From positions 1,129,123 to 1,161,122 of the forward strand of contig OZ255726.1 of assembly GCA_965277405.1 (NCBI GenBank): a stretch of 32,000 nt of DNA, given 5' to 3'. The DNA comes from Gammaproteobacteria bacterium (GTDB taxonomy: Bacteria; Pseudomonadota; Gammaproteobacteria; G965277405). The notes under the pieces were generated by a model. That model did no database searches, was not told the origin of the DNA, and saw only the letters and a program-made list of their open reading frames with translations. The position numbers and the translations under genes were made by a program. This document shows positions 1 through 8,589 of this stretch, one piece after another (positions within the stretch are counted from its first letter, which is position 1; each line of letters starts with the position of its first letter).

Positions 1-558
1 GGGCTGGCTGCAGGAAAATTCTTCGTTGCCAGCATGCACCGCGAAGAAAATGTCGATCCCCTAGATTCGCTGCGCAGCATTGTGGCGACCCTCAATATGC
101 TTGCGGGCAGATATGGGTATCCCATTATGATTTCCACACACCCTCGGACCCGCAAGCGGCTGGAGGAAACCGGCCTTCAATCCAACAATACGCTGCTGCG
201 GTTCATGAAGCCCTTCGGGTTCCTAGACTATGTGAAACTGCAGCTGAACGCCTTGTGCATTCTGTCCGACAGCGGCTCGATCACGGAGGAGGCATCTATC
301 CTCAATCTTCCAGCAGTGACCCTACGTAACGTGCATGAGCGACCGGAAGGTATGGATGTCGGCACACTGGTCATGTCGGGGCTTGACACCCAGTCGGTGC
401 TTGACGCTGTCAAACTTGTGATCTCGCAGCATGACAGCAAGAACCGGGTATTCCAGGTTGTCCCAGATTATCTGGCGGCAGCTGTTTCCAAGCAGGTTGT
501 GAGGCTAGTTCTGAGCTATATTGGTTATGTAAACCGAACCGTGTGGCATGAGCAGTAA
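1..558 (+). CDS. wecB: UDP-N-acetylglucosamine 2-epimerase, C-terminal part (truncated by window edge)
   Basis: Frame is open from base 1 (GLAAGKFFVASMHREENVD...). HREENVD and the SDSGSITEEA / RNVHERPEGMDVGTLVMSG motifs are typical of the non-hydrolysing 2-epimerase family. Confidence 0.85.
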   Translation, partial: GLAAGKFFVASMHREENVDPLDSLRSIVATLNMLAGRYGYPIMISTHPRTRKRLEETGLQSNNTLLRFMKPFGFLDYVKLQLNALCILSDSGSITEEASILNLPAVTLRNVHERPEGMDVGTLVMSGLDTQSVLDAVKLVISQHDSKNRVFQVVPDYLAAAVSKQVVRLVLSYIGYVNRTVWHEQ

Positions 559-652
559 CCGCCCCATGCGCGTGCTTGTTACCGGAGCCAACGGATTTGT
601 CGGCAAGGCGCTTGCCGACGCGACGGCGAGGTTTTGGTCAGAGCTTCCTTAG
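548..652 (+). pseudogene. N-terminal remnant of an NAD-dependent epimerase/dehydratase (SDR)
   Basis: ATG overlaps the wecB stop. Translation MSSNRPMRVLVTGANGFVGKALADATARFWSELP* carries the Rossmann motif VTGANGFVG and then stops after 34 aa. Confidence 0.6.
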
Positions 653-901
653 ATCAACGGCGAAAGCTACAGGCTCAAACACAGCCGTAAAACCGACTAT
701 AACCAGAACAGCTGGACTAACGGCCAGTAGGCGCTTTGGCATGCGTTAGCTATATGGAAAGCACCCACACCAAAGCGTCGCCTAACCTCAAAACTCAGTG
801 GCTCCTTGTTACGCCGCGATCTGGACCTCTTTTAAGCCAAGATTGACAGCTAGGAACAATACGGTAGAATCCTGATAAGCCAATTTAAAAGAGGAGTAAA
901 T

Positions 902-1924
902 ATGACTGACTAAAACAAAAACCCGAAGAAACCTGCAAGGCGCGACTTCCTGAAGACCGTAGCGCTAGGATCTGTGGTGCTGGGTGCCGGAACGTTAGCA
1001 CCAGAACTCGTGTCAAAAACCGCCAGCGTGGCATATGCCCAAGGTGGTGATAAGTTGAAGATGGCTTTTATCCAGTATATACCGCACACCGTGCCGGCTG
1101 CCTGGAGCAAGGGCATTGAAGATGTCCTGAATTCTCAGCCGACGATCGAGTATCAGTTGCTCGACGGTCAGGCTAAAGCCGAGGTTCAGGCGAGTTTGAT
1201 GGATTCACTCATTATTAACGGTACCAACGTGATCTTTCTGCAGCCCGTTGATAGCGTGGCTCTGGGTCCGTCAATCGCTAAGGCGCGGCGCGCGGGAATT
1301 CCAGTGATCACACTCAACATTGATGCGCCTGAACTCCATGCTGCGCATGTGGAGATGAGTCACTATCTAGGAGCCAAGGACATTGCTAAATCGACGGGTG
1401 CGGCAATGGGTGGTACTGGTAAGGTGGCAATCCTGAATGCGCCTCCTGGACTGATTATCCGTGATCAGCGTGAAAATGGCTTTGTCGATGGCATGGTCGA
1501 ACATCATCCCAGCATACAGATTGTAGCCAATCAGGTTGCCGACTGGTCGCGCAAGAAGGCGCAGGATGTATTCACCACGATCCTGGCGGCAAATCCTGAT
1601 GTGACAGGTGTTTATGGTATCAACGATTCCATGGCCCTTGGTGCCGTAGATGTTGCCAAGCAAAAGGGAATTCTTGATAAAATTACCGTCTACGGCAACG
1701 ATGGTGAGAAAGATGCACTGCAGTCGATTGAAAATGGCGAGCTCACCGGAACACAATATACTGACGTGTATCAGCAAGGCCGGTATGCAGCAGCCGCTGC
1801 CACGGTGCTTGCCAGTGGCGGTGTTTCGGCGCGTGATATCGGTAGACAGGGAGCCCTTTTGATGCCGTACATCATTGCGACGCTGGATACGGTAGGCCAG
1901 ATCGGTCCAGCGCAACGCTGGTAG
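902..1924 (+). pseudogene. Periplasmic sugar-binding protein (RbsB-like) of an ABC transporter, Tat signal, in-frame stop at codon 4
   Basis: AGAGGAG ribosome-binding site upstream of ATG at 902. Reading frame is M-T-D-TAA(911-913)-NKNPKKPARRDFLKTVALGSVVLGAGTLAPELVSKTASVAYA, followed by a full periplasmic-binding protein (QPVDSVALGPSIAKARRAGIPVITLN, GVYGINDSMALGAVDVAK, LLMPYIIATLD). Confidence 0.75.
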
Positions 1925-2005
1925 GTGTTCAGGTTGTTGTAATGTTACGAACGCGGGGCGTGTTTTACCGATAAATCACGCCTCGGGCTTTGCAGGTTTG
2001 GCGCA

Positions 2006-2938
2006 ATGCACTTGATAAACAAAATACCCAACAAGGAACTCCTGTTCCTCTTAGTTGCCGCCGTTGTGATATTTTCGATATTTGCAAATCGATTTTTGAC
2101 GCCCTCGAACTTTGAGAACATTCTTACGGGTTATTCGTTTCTGGCAATTCTTGCCATCGGCCAGGGTCTGACCATCATGGTTAGAGGAATTGATCTCAGC
2201 ATCGGGTCGAACGTTGCTTTGGGGGCGATGGTGCTTTTCGATTTGACGATGATCCTGCAACTTCCAGGATATCAGGCAATACCGCTTGCGACCTTGGCTG
2301 CCTATCGCGGAGCAGTTTATGCCATTTCGGGGCGGCAACTTTTCCCCGAACTGTCTTCAAAACCCATAACCGACCCATGGATTCGTTATCTGGGTGATTT
2401 TATCGACCTAGGCGGTCTATTGCGGCTCGACGGTGTTGTGCAACTTCCCTGGATACCAGTTTCCTTTGTTGTGCTTCTTATCTTTGCCGCTGTCGTCCAG
2501 TTTGCGGTGTTTAGCACGCGCTGGGGGCTAAACCTGAGGACACTTGGGGGCAACGCGGAAGCCGCGCATCTTGCCGGTCTAAACACCAGCCTTCTGGAAA
2601 TTTCAGCCTATGTTATTTGCGGCCTAGCGGCCGGGCTTGCAGCCGTCATCCTAGTTGGACGCTTCACGACCGCGACGGAGGCGCTTGGCAGCGGCATGGA
2701 ACTAACCTCGATTGCTGCGGCCGTGATTGGCGGAACCAGGTTGCACGGTGGTGTAGGCGGGGTGTTCGGCCCGCTAATTGGCGCCTTCCTGCTTGGTGTT
2801 ATTTTGATCGGGTTGACGTTGATGGGCGTTTCGCAATTTATCCAGCAGATTTTGACGGGTACAATACTAATTGCAGCAGTTTCATATGATCGATTCCTCA
2901 TTCATCGTTCGAAAAAGCGTGCTGGGGTGACAACATGA
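2006..2938 (+). CDS. ABC sugar transporter permease (RbsC-like), possibly internally deleted
   Basis: Multiple hydrophobic segments, IGQGLTIMVRGIDLSIGSNVALGAM and AVIGGTRLHGGVGGVFGPLIGAFLLGVI motifs of the RbsC family. Confidence 0.85.
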   Translation: MHLINKIPNKELLFLLVAAVVIFSIFANRFLTPSNFENILTGYSFLAILAIGQGLTIMVRGIDLSIGSNVALGAMVLFDLTMILQLPGYQAIPLATLAAYRGAVYAISGRQLFPELSSKPITDPWIRYLGDFIDLGGLLRLDGVVQLPWIPVSFVVLLIFAAVVQFAVFSTRWGLNLRTLGGNAEAAHLAGLNTSLLEISAYVICGLAAGLAAVILVGRFTTATEALGSGMELTSIAAAVIGGTRLHGGVGGVFGPLIGAFLLGVILIGLTLMGVSQFIQQILTGTILIAAVSYDRFLIHRSKKRAGVTT

Positions 2939-4449
2939 TACCCTTTGCCCTGCAAGCGCTTGCGGTATCGAAGAAATTTGGCACTTTTGCAGCTCTGCAG
3001 CCGCTAGATTTTTCGATTGAGGTGGGGGAGGTGCGCGGACTGGTTGGCAGTAACGGTGCGGGAAAGACCACCTTCATCAAGGTGCTAACGGGTGCACACC
3101 GCCCGACAACTGGCACGATTTTGGTGGACGGGCACGAACTGCCGGACAATTCGACCGCTGCGCATCTGCACGCTGGTATCGCATGCATCTATCAGCATTC
3201 CAGTCTGGCACCAAATCTGACAGTTCTTGACAACCTGTATTTAGGACGTCATCCATGCGGTATCCTTGGCATAATCAATAGACAAAAATTGCGAGCGGAT
3301 GGCCTTGCGCTTCTTACCGGTCATGGAGTGGATGTTGAGCCCGACGTGCTCGTTGAGACCTTGCCCACGGTCAAACAGAAACAAATCGAAATCCTCAAGG
3401 CCTTGGCACAAAATGCCAAAATAATCCTGATGGACGAACCGACAGCGTGGCTGTCACATGCGGAGGTAAAGCGGCTCCACGAAACTATTGCCAGACTGCA
3501 AGCGCGCGGCATCGCTATTGTCTATATTTCCCATATGATAAACGAAATTTTTCAGGTCTGTGACAGTGTGTCGGTCCTGCGCGATGGAACACATGTTTGG
3601 ACCGGCGCGGTCTCTAGTACGGATCGCCCTGAGTTGATACAGCATATGCTTGGTGAATCAGCTAGCAAACTCACCGGTCATTCCAGACCTCAGGACAGGG
3701 CAAAGCGTAACTCCGGTGCGGTGAAATTGTCCAGCAAGGGGCTTTGCCGTGCCGGGTATTTTTTTGATGTCAACTTCGATCTGCATGCTGGTGAAATTTT
3801 GTGTGTTACCGGACTGATCGGAGCCAAGCGCACCGAACTTGTGCGTTGTCTATTCGGCGCAGACCGACCGGACAAGGGAACAATCGAGATCGACGGTGCA
3901 CCGGTGCAAATCAGTTCACCCAGACAGGCAATGAACCTGGGCATCGGTTTCGTTCCCGAGGATCGTCACCGAGATGGCCTTTTTTTGACGCATTCAATCC
4001 GCGAAAACCTGGTTCTTGCCGCGCTTTCCAAGCTCAGCGATGGGCTGTTGATGAGGAGCCGTGTGTTTCGTGATGTAGCTGCACGCCAGGTCAAAAAGCT
4101 AAACATCGTACCGACCGATCCAGAACGGGTGGTCGGCTGGCTCAGTGGTGGCAACCAGCAGAAAATCCTGCTCGGCAAATGGCTTGAAACCAATCCGTCG
4201 ATCATCATTCTTGATGAGCCGACGGTCGGCGTCGATGTCGGCGCCAAGGCTGAAATCTACGCAATTCTTGATGAATTGAAGCGCCGTGGCGCGGCTGTTT
4301 TGGTTGTTTCGTCGGACATTGAGGAAGTTCAAGCGATTGCCGACAGAATTGCGGTGATGGCGGATGGGTGTCTTGGCAAGTGCTTTGAGGCATCGAGTGT
4401 TACACATGCGGAATTGATAGGCTTGATCAGCGGAAATGCGACCGCATGA
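2935..4449 (+). CDS. ABC sugar transporter ATP-binding protein with two nucleotide-binding domains (RbsA/MglA-like)
   Basis: Walker A GLVGSNGAGKTT, Walker B IILMDEPT, second domain LSGGNQQKILLGKWLETNPSIIILDEPTVGVDVGAKAEIY. Overlaps the stop codon of the upstream permease. Confidence 0.92.
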   Translation: MIPFALQALAVSKKFGTFAALQPLDFSIEVGEVRGLVGSNGAGKTTFIKVLTGAHRPTTGTILVDGHELPDNSTAAHLHAGIACIYQHSSLAPNLTVLDNLYLGRHPCGILGIINRQKLRADGLALLTGHGVDVEPDVLVETLPTVKQKQIEILKALAQNAKIILMDEPTAWLSHAEVKRLHETIARLQARGIAIVYISHMINEIFQVCDSVSVLRDGTHVWTGAVSSTDRPELIQHMLGESASKLTGHSRPQDRAKRNSGAVKLSSKGLCRAGYFFDVNFDLHAGEILCVTGLIGAKRTELVRCLFGADRPDKGTIEIDGAPVQISSPRQAMNLGIGFVPEDRHRDGLFLTHSIRENLVLAALSKLSDGLLMRSRVFRDVAARQVKKLNIVPTDPERVVGWLSGGNQQKILLGKWLETNPSIIILDEPTVGVDVGAKAEIYAILDELKRRGAAVLVVSSDIEEVQAIADRIAVMADGCLGKCFEASSVTHAELIGLISGNATA

Positions 4450-5375
4450 GCACTTTTGCGGACAAATTTTCCAGCCTTGCATTGCCTATTGCGGTTGTAG
4501 TAACCGCTCTTGTGTTTGGACTGGTTGAGCCAGCCTTTTTGTCGTCGGGAAACCTGACGGGCATCGTGCATCGTATGGCGACCATTGGCATTATGGCAGT
4601 TGGCATGACGTTTGTGATCATGACAGGCGGCATTGACCTTGCGGTCGGTCCTGTTATGGCGCTCGCCGGGCTTGCGTCGTATTTCTCACTTCAGGTCGGC
4701 ATTCCCCTGCCATTGTCAATCGTGGTCGGCGTGTTGAGCGGTGCGGTTGTCGGTGCAATCAATGGCACAGCAATAGCGTTTTTCAGGTTGCCTGCGATAA
4801 TTGTGACCCTTGGCATGTTGTCGATCGTGCGTGGCGTGGCGCTGACGATCGGCGGACCGACCCTCCACCAGATCAGCGACCAACCTGCGTACACATTCAT
4901 AGGTACAGGGTCGTTTTGCGGCCTTCCGGTTTCGGTGTTGATTTTTGCATTGCTGGCTTTGATTGCAGTGCTGGTCCAGAAATACACCATCTACGGCCTT
5001 CAGATTTCGACCCTTGGTGACAATGAAAGAGCGTCGGAACTGTCCGGTCGCCCCACCCGATTGCTGAAATTGTCAACATATGTTGTGTGTGGAGTGACTG
5101 CAGCAATTGCGGGTATTATCGAGAGCTCACAAGTTTACACCGCGTCGGCGAACTTTGGTGAGTTTGGCACTGAACTCGATGTGATTTCAGCCGTCATACT
5201 TGGCGGGGCAAGCATGTTTGGCGGAAAGGAGTATGTATGGAACACAGTGCTGGGTGTCCTATTTCTGGGTGTGATCAATAGCGGGCTGAACATTTTGAAC
5301 ATTCCCGTGGATGTTCAGCTAATGGTCAAGGGCGCTATAATTGTTTTGGCGATCAGCGTTTCTTTGCATAAGTAA
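4446..5375 (+). CDS. ABC sugar transporter permease (RbsC-like)
   Basis: GMTFVIMTGGIDLAVGPVMALAG, GAINGTAIAFFRLPAIIVTLGMLSIVRGVALTIGG, AVILGGASMFGGKEYVWNTVLGVLFLGVINSGLN. ATGA overlap with the ATPase gene. Confidence 0.9.
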   Translation: MSTFADKFSSLALPIAVVVTALVFGLVEPAFLSSGNLTGIVHRMATIGIMAVGMTFVIMTGGIDLAVGPVMALAGLASYFSLQVGIPLPLSIVVGVLSGAVVGAINGTAIAFFRLPAIIVTLGMLSIVRGVALTIGGPTLHQISDQPAYTFIGTGSFCGLPVSVLIFALLALIAVLVQKYTIYGLQISTLGDNERASELSGRPTRLLKLSTYVVCGVTAAIAGIIESSQVYTASANFGEFGTELDVISAVILGGASMFGGKEYVWNTVLGVLFLGVINSGLNILNIPVDVQLMVKGAIIVLAISVSLHK

Positions 5376-5928
5376 CGGGAGGCTAGCATAGTGAGGTCCT
5401 GTCGATATAGTGCAGCCCTCAAATGTTCTGGCATTGTGGGTTATGCAACACTCAAATCTTCGAGGTGATACCAATGCAGAATTCCGACAGTTGTCTGGCT
5501 TGGAAAAAGATGCAAGACCATCGCATTAACATATTTTTTCATAGAAAATATCTGCATTCCTCATTACTCAGAAAATCATCGTATGCGGAGTATCAGCAGG
5601 TCACAATCTTAGTTTTAGTGATGCTTTGTGAGGAAATTCCCGCTTGTGAACTCGATTGTTTGGCAGACCTCATACATTGGCAAGACCTGCGCCAACACCT
5701 GCGCATTGTGCCTAGAGACAATATCAGTATGGTTACAATATTTATTACCAACATGGTACAACTTAGCGGATGAAGCAGTGAGCCATGCAGTTGCTCGCGC
5801 TTTAGTTTGCATGAAGTTTGGTAATTTTACTCTTGCAGGCAGCTAATGCGACAATGTGTGTCCGCTTGCGGAACAAGGTAAACACATAATCTTTTCAAAG
5901 CCCTCCTTAGCATTTACACTTAGGGAAT

Positions 5929-6210
5929 CTCTGATTAAGTCCATAATGGGCAAGATTGAGAAAAACGCTTATGATAACTAGACGCAGTGCATAGATAATG
6001 CTGGTGGTCTTGTGGGTGTTGCCACGCGCTGCTACGACGTTAGCACCGCTTTTTTCCCGTCGTTGTGTTGAATATACTTTGGGTTTGCTGTAGCGGTACT
6101 TGCTGTGTTGCATCCCTTGGCGTATATGCTACGGCATACGCTCAGCGGTTTGCGTCTTGCAATCATCAGCAATTACCATCAAATTCGCTTCATCAGCGAC
6201 TTAATCAGAG
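5929..6210. repeat. Dispersed TIR element, copy 1 (MITE-like)
   Basis: Begins CTCTGATTAAGTC and ends GACTTAATCAGAG. Interior shared with copies 2 and 3 (CTTTTTTCCCGTCGTTGTGTTGAATATACTTTGGGTTTG; GTACTTGCTGTGTTGCATCCCTTGGCGTATATGCTAC). Confidence 0.85.
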
Positions 6211-6573
6211 GTGTCCTTTAAGGTATACAATGGAGCGGTGCGATAAGCTCCTATATCTTGTCTTCCTGCGCTAATACCTTGAATACCTTGCGACATTAGC
6301 AGACGGTTGTTTTGTCATGTTCTCTTCTGCCAAGACTCAGACAGCAAAAGCGCATGGGGGCAGGCCAGTCGCGATCTTGTTAGCTAAATTTTATCATCCA
6401 CAAGGTTGTAGCGCAAGCTGAACACAGGTGACTTGAACATCAACACGCTGTCTATCGGCTTGCGTCCAATACGCGAATTACGTTACTTATCGCCAGCTCT
6501 ATCTAGCACAGGTCATAATTCATCTAGTAGCAACAGTTTGATTTAGACCTGTGGGTCTTTTTCTTGGATTGTA

Positions 6574-7140
6574 TTAGTAAATTAAATTCGCTCTGCGATT
6601 TAACTTCCACGCACCTTCATTATCAGCACTATCAACTGGTCGTAACTCACCATAACTGATTACATTAATATTTTTTTGCCGTACGCCACGAATACGTAAA
6701 TACCTAGCTACAGCTTCACCGCGACGATTACCTAATGCGTTATTATATTCAATCGTGCCACGATCATCAGCATGACCTTCGATAGTTACTTCTAATTCCG
6801 GCTGTGCAAGCAAACGAGATAAAATCACTTCTGCATGCGCATCTAACGCTTCAAACGCAATTCCCTTGAGTTCATCTTGATCATAGTCAAAGTAATATGT
6901 TTTAACATCTAAAAGTTCAGCCGTTCTTCGTGATTCTTCACTTGCTTCACTTGCTTCACTTGCTTCAGTGGCAGCAGTTGCTTGTTCGGTTGGTGTTTCT
7001 TGCTGTAGTGTGGCTTCTTGCTCTACAGTTTCAGCAACACTACCACTATCTTCGGTGTCACTACTTTTTACTTGATTTTGCGCGCAAGCACTAATTCCAG
7101 CTAAAAACACAAAAAACAAAATGGTTTGCAGTATTTTCAT
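6574..7140 (-). CDS. pal: OmpA/Pal-family peptidoglycan-associated lipoprotein
   Basis: Signal with lipobox-like AGISAC; OmpA-like domain YYFDYDQDEL...EVTIEGHADDRGTIEYNNALGNRRGEAVARYLRIRGV. Confidence 0.8.
   Translation of the reverse strand: MKILQTILFFVFLAGISACAQNQVKSSDTEDSGSVAETVEQEATLQQETPTEQATAATEASEASEASEESRRTAELLDVKTYYFDYDQDELKGIAFEALDAHAEVILSRLLAQPELEVTIEGHADDRGTIEYNNALGNRRGEAVARYLRIRGVRQKNINVISYGELRPVDSADNEGAWKLNRRANLIY
6941..6967. repeat. 9-bp tandem repeat (CTTGCTTCA)x3 in the linker of the Pal-like gene, encoding EASEASEAS
   Basis: Three perfect adjacent copies of CTTGCTTCA, with a degenerate copy GATTCTTCA upstream. Confidence 0.85.
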
Positions 7141-7154
7141 TATATTTTTCCTAG

Positions 7155-7766
7155 TTAATATTTTAATTCAACTCGTCTATTTTGCATCCAAGCAGTTTCG
7201 TCATTCCCTTTGACTGCTGGGACCTCTTCACCATAGCTTACAACACGTACTGCTGTTTTGGGAACACCTCGATGAACTAAATACGTACTTACAGCAGCAG
7301 CCCGTCTTTCTGCTAAGGCAATATTATAGCCTTTAGAGCCACGATCGTCTGTATGTCCTTCAACTATAACAACAAGATTCGGGTTACTCAATAACGCATG
7401 TGTCATATTTTGCACATGAGCATCTAAAGTAGCGAATGCTTGTGGGCGTATTTGACTACTGTTCGTAGTAAATAAGAATACACGCTGTTGTAAGTTTGAG
7501 TCTGAGCCGAGTAATTCTAGGGATTGTGTAATCAAATAATCTGTTGGACGGAGTTCATCATCAAAACCAAACTCAGAACCTTGTGTAATGTCTTGTTCGG
7601 GAAAGTTTTGATCAGAAAAAAAGCTGTTGTTAGTATTGTCATCAACTGGAATAACAACTGCGCAACTCCCAATGGACGTCATCATAACAAAAAAAGCCAG
7701 TCGAATACTGGTGTCAATCATAACTATACTGCCATTGGCTTTGTGAACGAGAATATATTTTAACAA
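7155..7766 (-). CDS. Second OmpA/Pal-family lipoprotein paralogue (real start possibly downstream at MIDTSIRLAFF...)
   Basis: Lipobox-like TSIGSC; OmpA-like domain LVVIVEGHTDDRGSKGYNIALAERRAAAVSTYLVHRGV...NRRVELKY. Confidence 0.78.
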   Translation of the reverse strand: MLKYILVHKANGSIVMIDTSIRLAFFVMMTSIGSCAVVIPVDDNTNNSFFSDQNFPEQDITQGSEFGFDDELRPTDYLITQSLELLGSDSNLQQRVFLFTTNSSQIRPQAFATLDAHVQNMTHALLSNPNLVVIVEGHTDDRGSKGYNIALAERRAAAVSTYLVHRGVPKTAVRVVSYGEEVPAVKGNDETAWMQNRRVELKY

Positions 7767-7940
7767 GATGCTTAAGTGTTCTGTAGTAAGAAAGCTGATT
7801 TCCTATACAAATTATAATTGTCAGGTAGGTTATTAGCATATTATTGTGTGAAACTCTAGGGAAAATGTAAATATCAAAATCTGATAATCTCTTGGCAATA
7901 ATAGTAGAAAGTTTACAAACTCTTGGCACTATACTAACAG

Positions 7941-8024
7941 GCCCGGATGGTGGAATTGGTAGACACTCAAGACTTAAAATCTTGTGGACGTAAGTCCGTG
8001 CCGGTTCGAGTCCGGCTCTGGGTA
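7941..8024 (+). tRNA. tRNA-Leu (anticodon TAA)
   Basis: Acceptor GCCCGGA/TCTGGGT, anticodon stem-loop CAAGA-CTTAAAA-TCTTG, long variable arm GGAC-GTAA-GTCC, T arm GCCGG-TTCGAGT-CCGGC. The genome sequence after the discriminator base is TCA, not CCA. Confidence 0.95.
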
Positions 8025-8238
8025 TCATTTTTTGTTGCAATAGTATGGGGTGCATCCAGATTAGTATGTAGTATTTTGCACAAAGGTTACAATTTTGAGC
8101 GTGTAGTTTGTGTGTAATCATTTATGAAAAAACACAGGCCCGCTTGTTGTGATGCGTTTAGAGCCGCTTTTTTTTATAAGCTTTAGCATTATGTGTGGTT
8201 TGTTTGTGTTGGCGCGGTTCAGTCGTCGGTTAAGAAAC

Positions 8239-8507
8239 CTTTGATTAAGCCCATGATGGGCGAGACGGAGAAAAAAACGCTGATAAAACTTAAGCGAAGT
8301 GCGCGCTAACGCTTGGTGGGTCTTGCCAAGTGCTGCAACGAGGCAGCGCAGCGTTTTTTCCCGTTGTTGTGTTGAATATACTTTCGGTTTGCGGCAGCGG
8401 CACTTGCTGTGTTGCATCCCATGGCGTATATGCTATGCCATGCGCTTAGCGCCTTGCAATCCTCAGCAAATGCAGGCAAACTCGCGCCATAAGCGAGTTA
8501 ATCAAAG
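8239..8507. repeat. Dispersed TIR element, copy 2 (MITE-like)
   Basis: Begins CTTTGATTAA and ends TTAATCAAAG. Internal inverted repeat GGAGAAAAAAACGCTG ... CAGCGTTTTTTCCC. Shares GTTGTGTTGAATATACTTTCGGTTTG and GCACTTGCTGTGTTGCATCCCATGGCGTATATGCTA with the other copies. Confidence 0.87.
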
Positions 8508-8589
8508 ATTACATAGGGCAGCGGTAATGCCTTGTAATCAACGCCAGTTCGATACAAACTTGGCGTATTTGCAATTATTAATATATTAT

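Noticed and set aside
5423-5773. Minus-strand 116-aa ORF MFWHCGLCNTQIFEV...
   Set aside because: No recognisable motif, overlaps other ORFs, no clear ribosome-binding site. Not supportable as a gene.
7714-8121. Minus-strand 135-aa ORF (MITHKLHAQNC...IPRAGLEPARTY...)
   Set aside because: It is antisense to tRNA-Leu; the RAGLEPARTY-like string is a typical spurious translation of tRNA sequence.
8118-8417. Small ORFs starting MQHSK... (5907-6113, 8118-8417, 14442-14624) and MLNILWVC... (6065-6274, 14518-14772)
   Set aside because: They lie in or overlap the TIR elements, are similar only because the element is repeated, and have diverging frames and ends. Treated as non-coding repeat sequence.
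8299-8589. N-terminal extension of the hemB ORF
   Set aside because: It is encoded by the TIR element and intergenic DNA. HemB homology starts at MRRLRSDV, so the start is set at 8590 or 8611.
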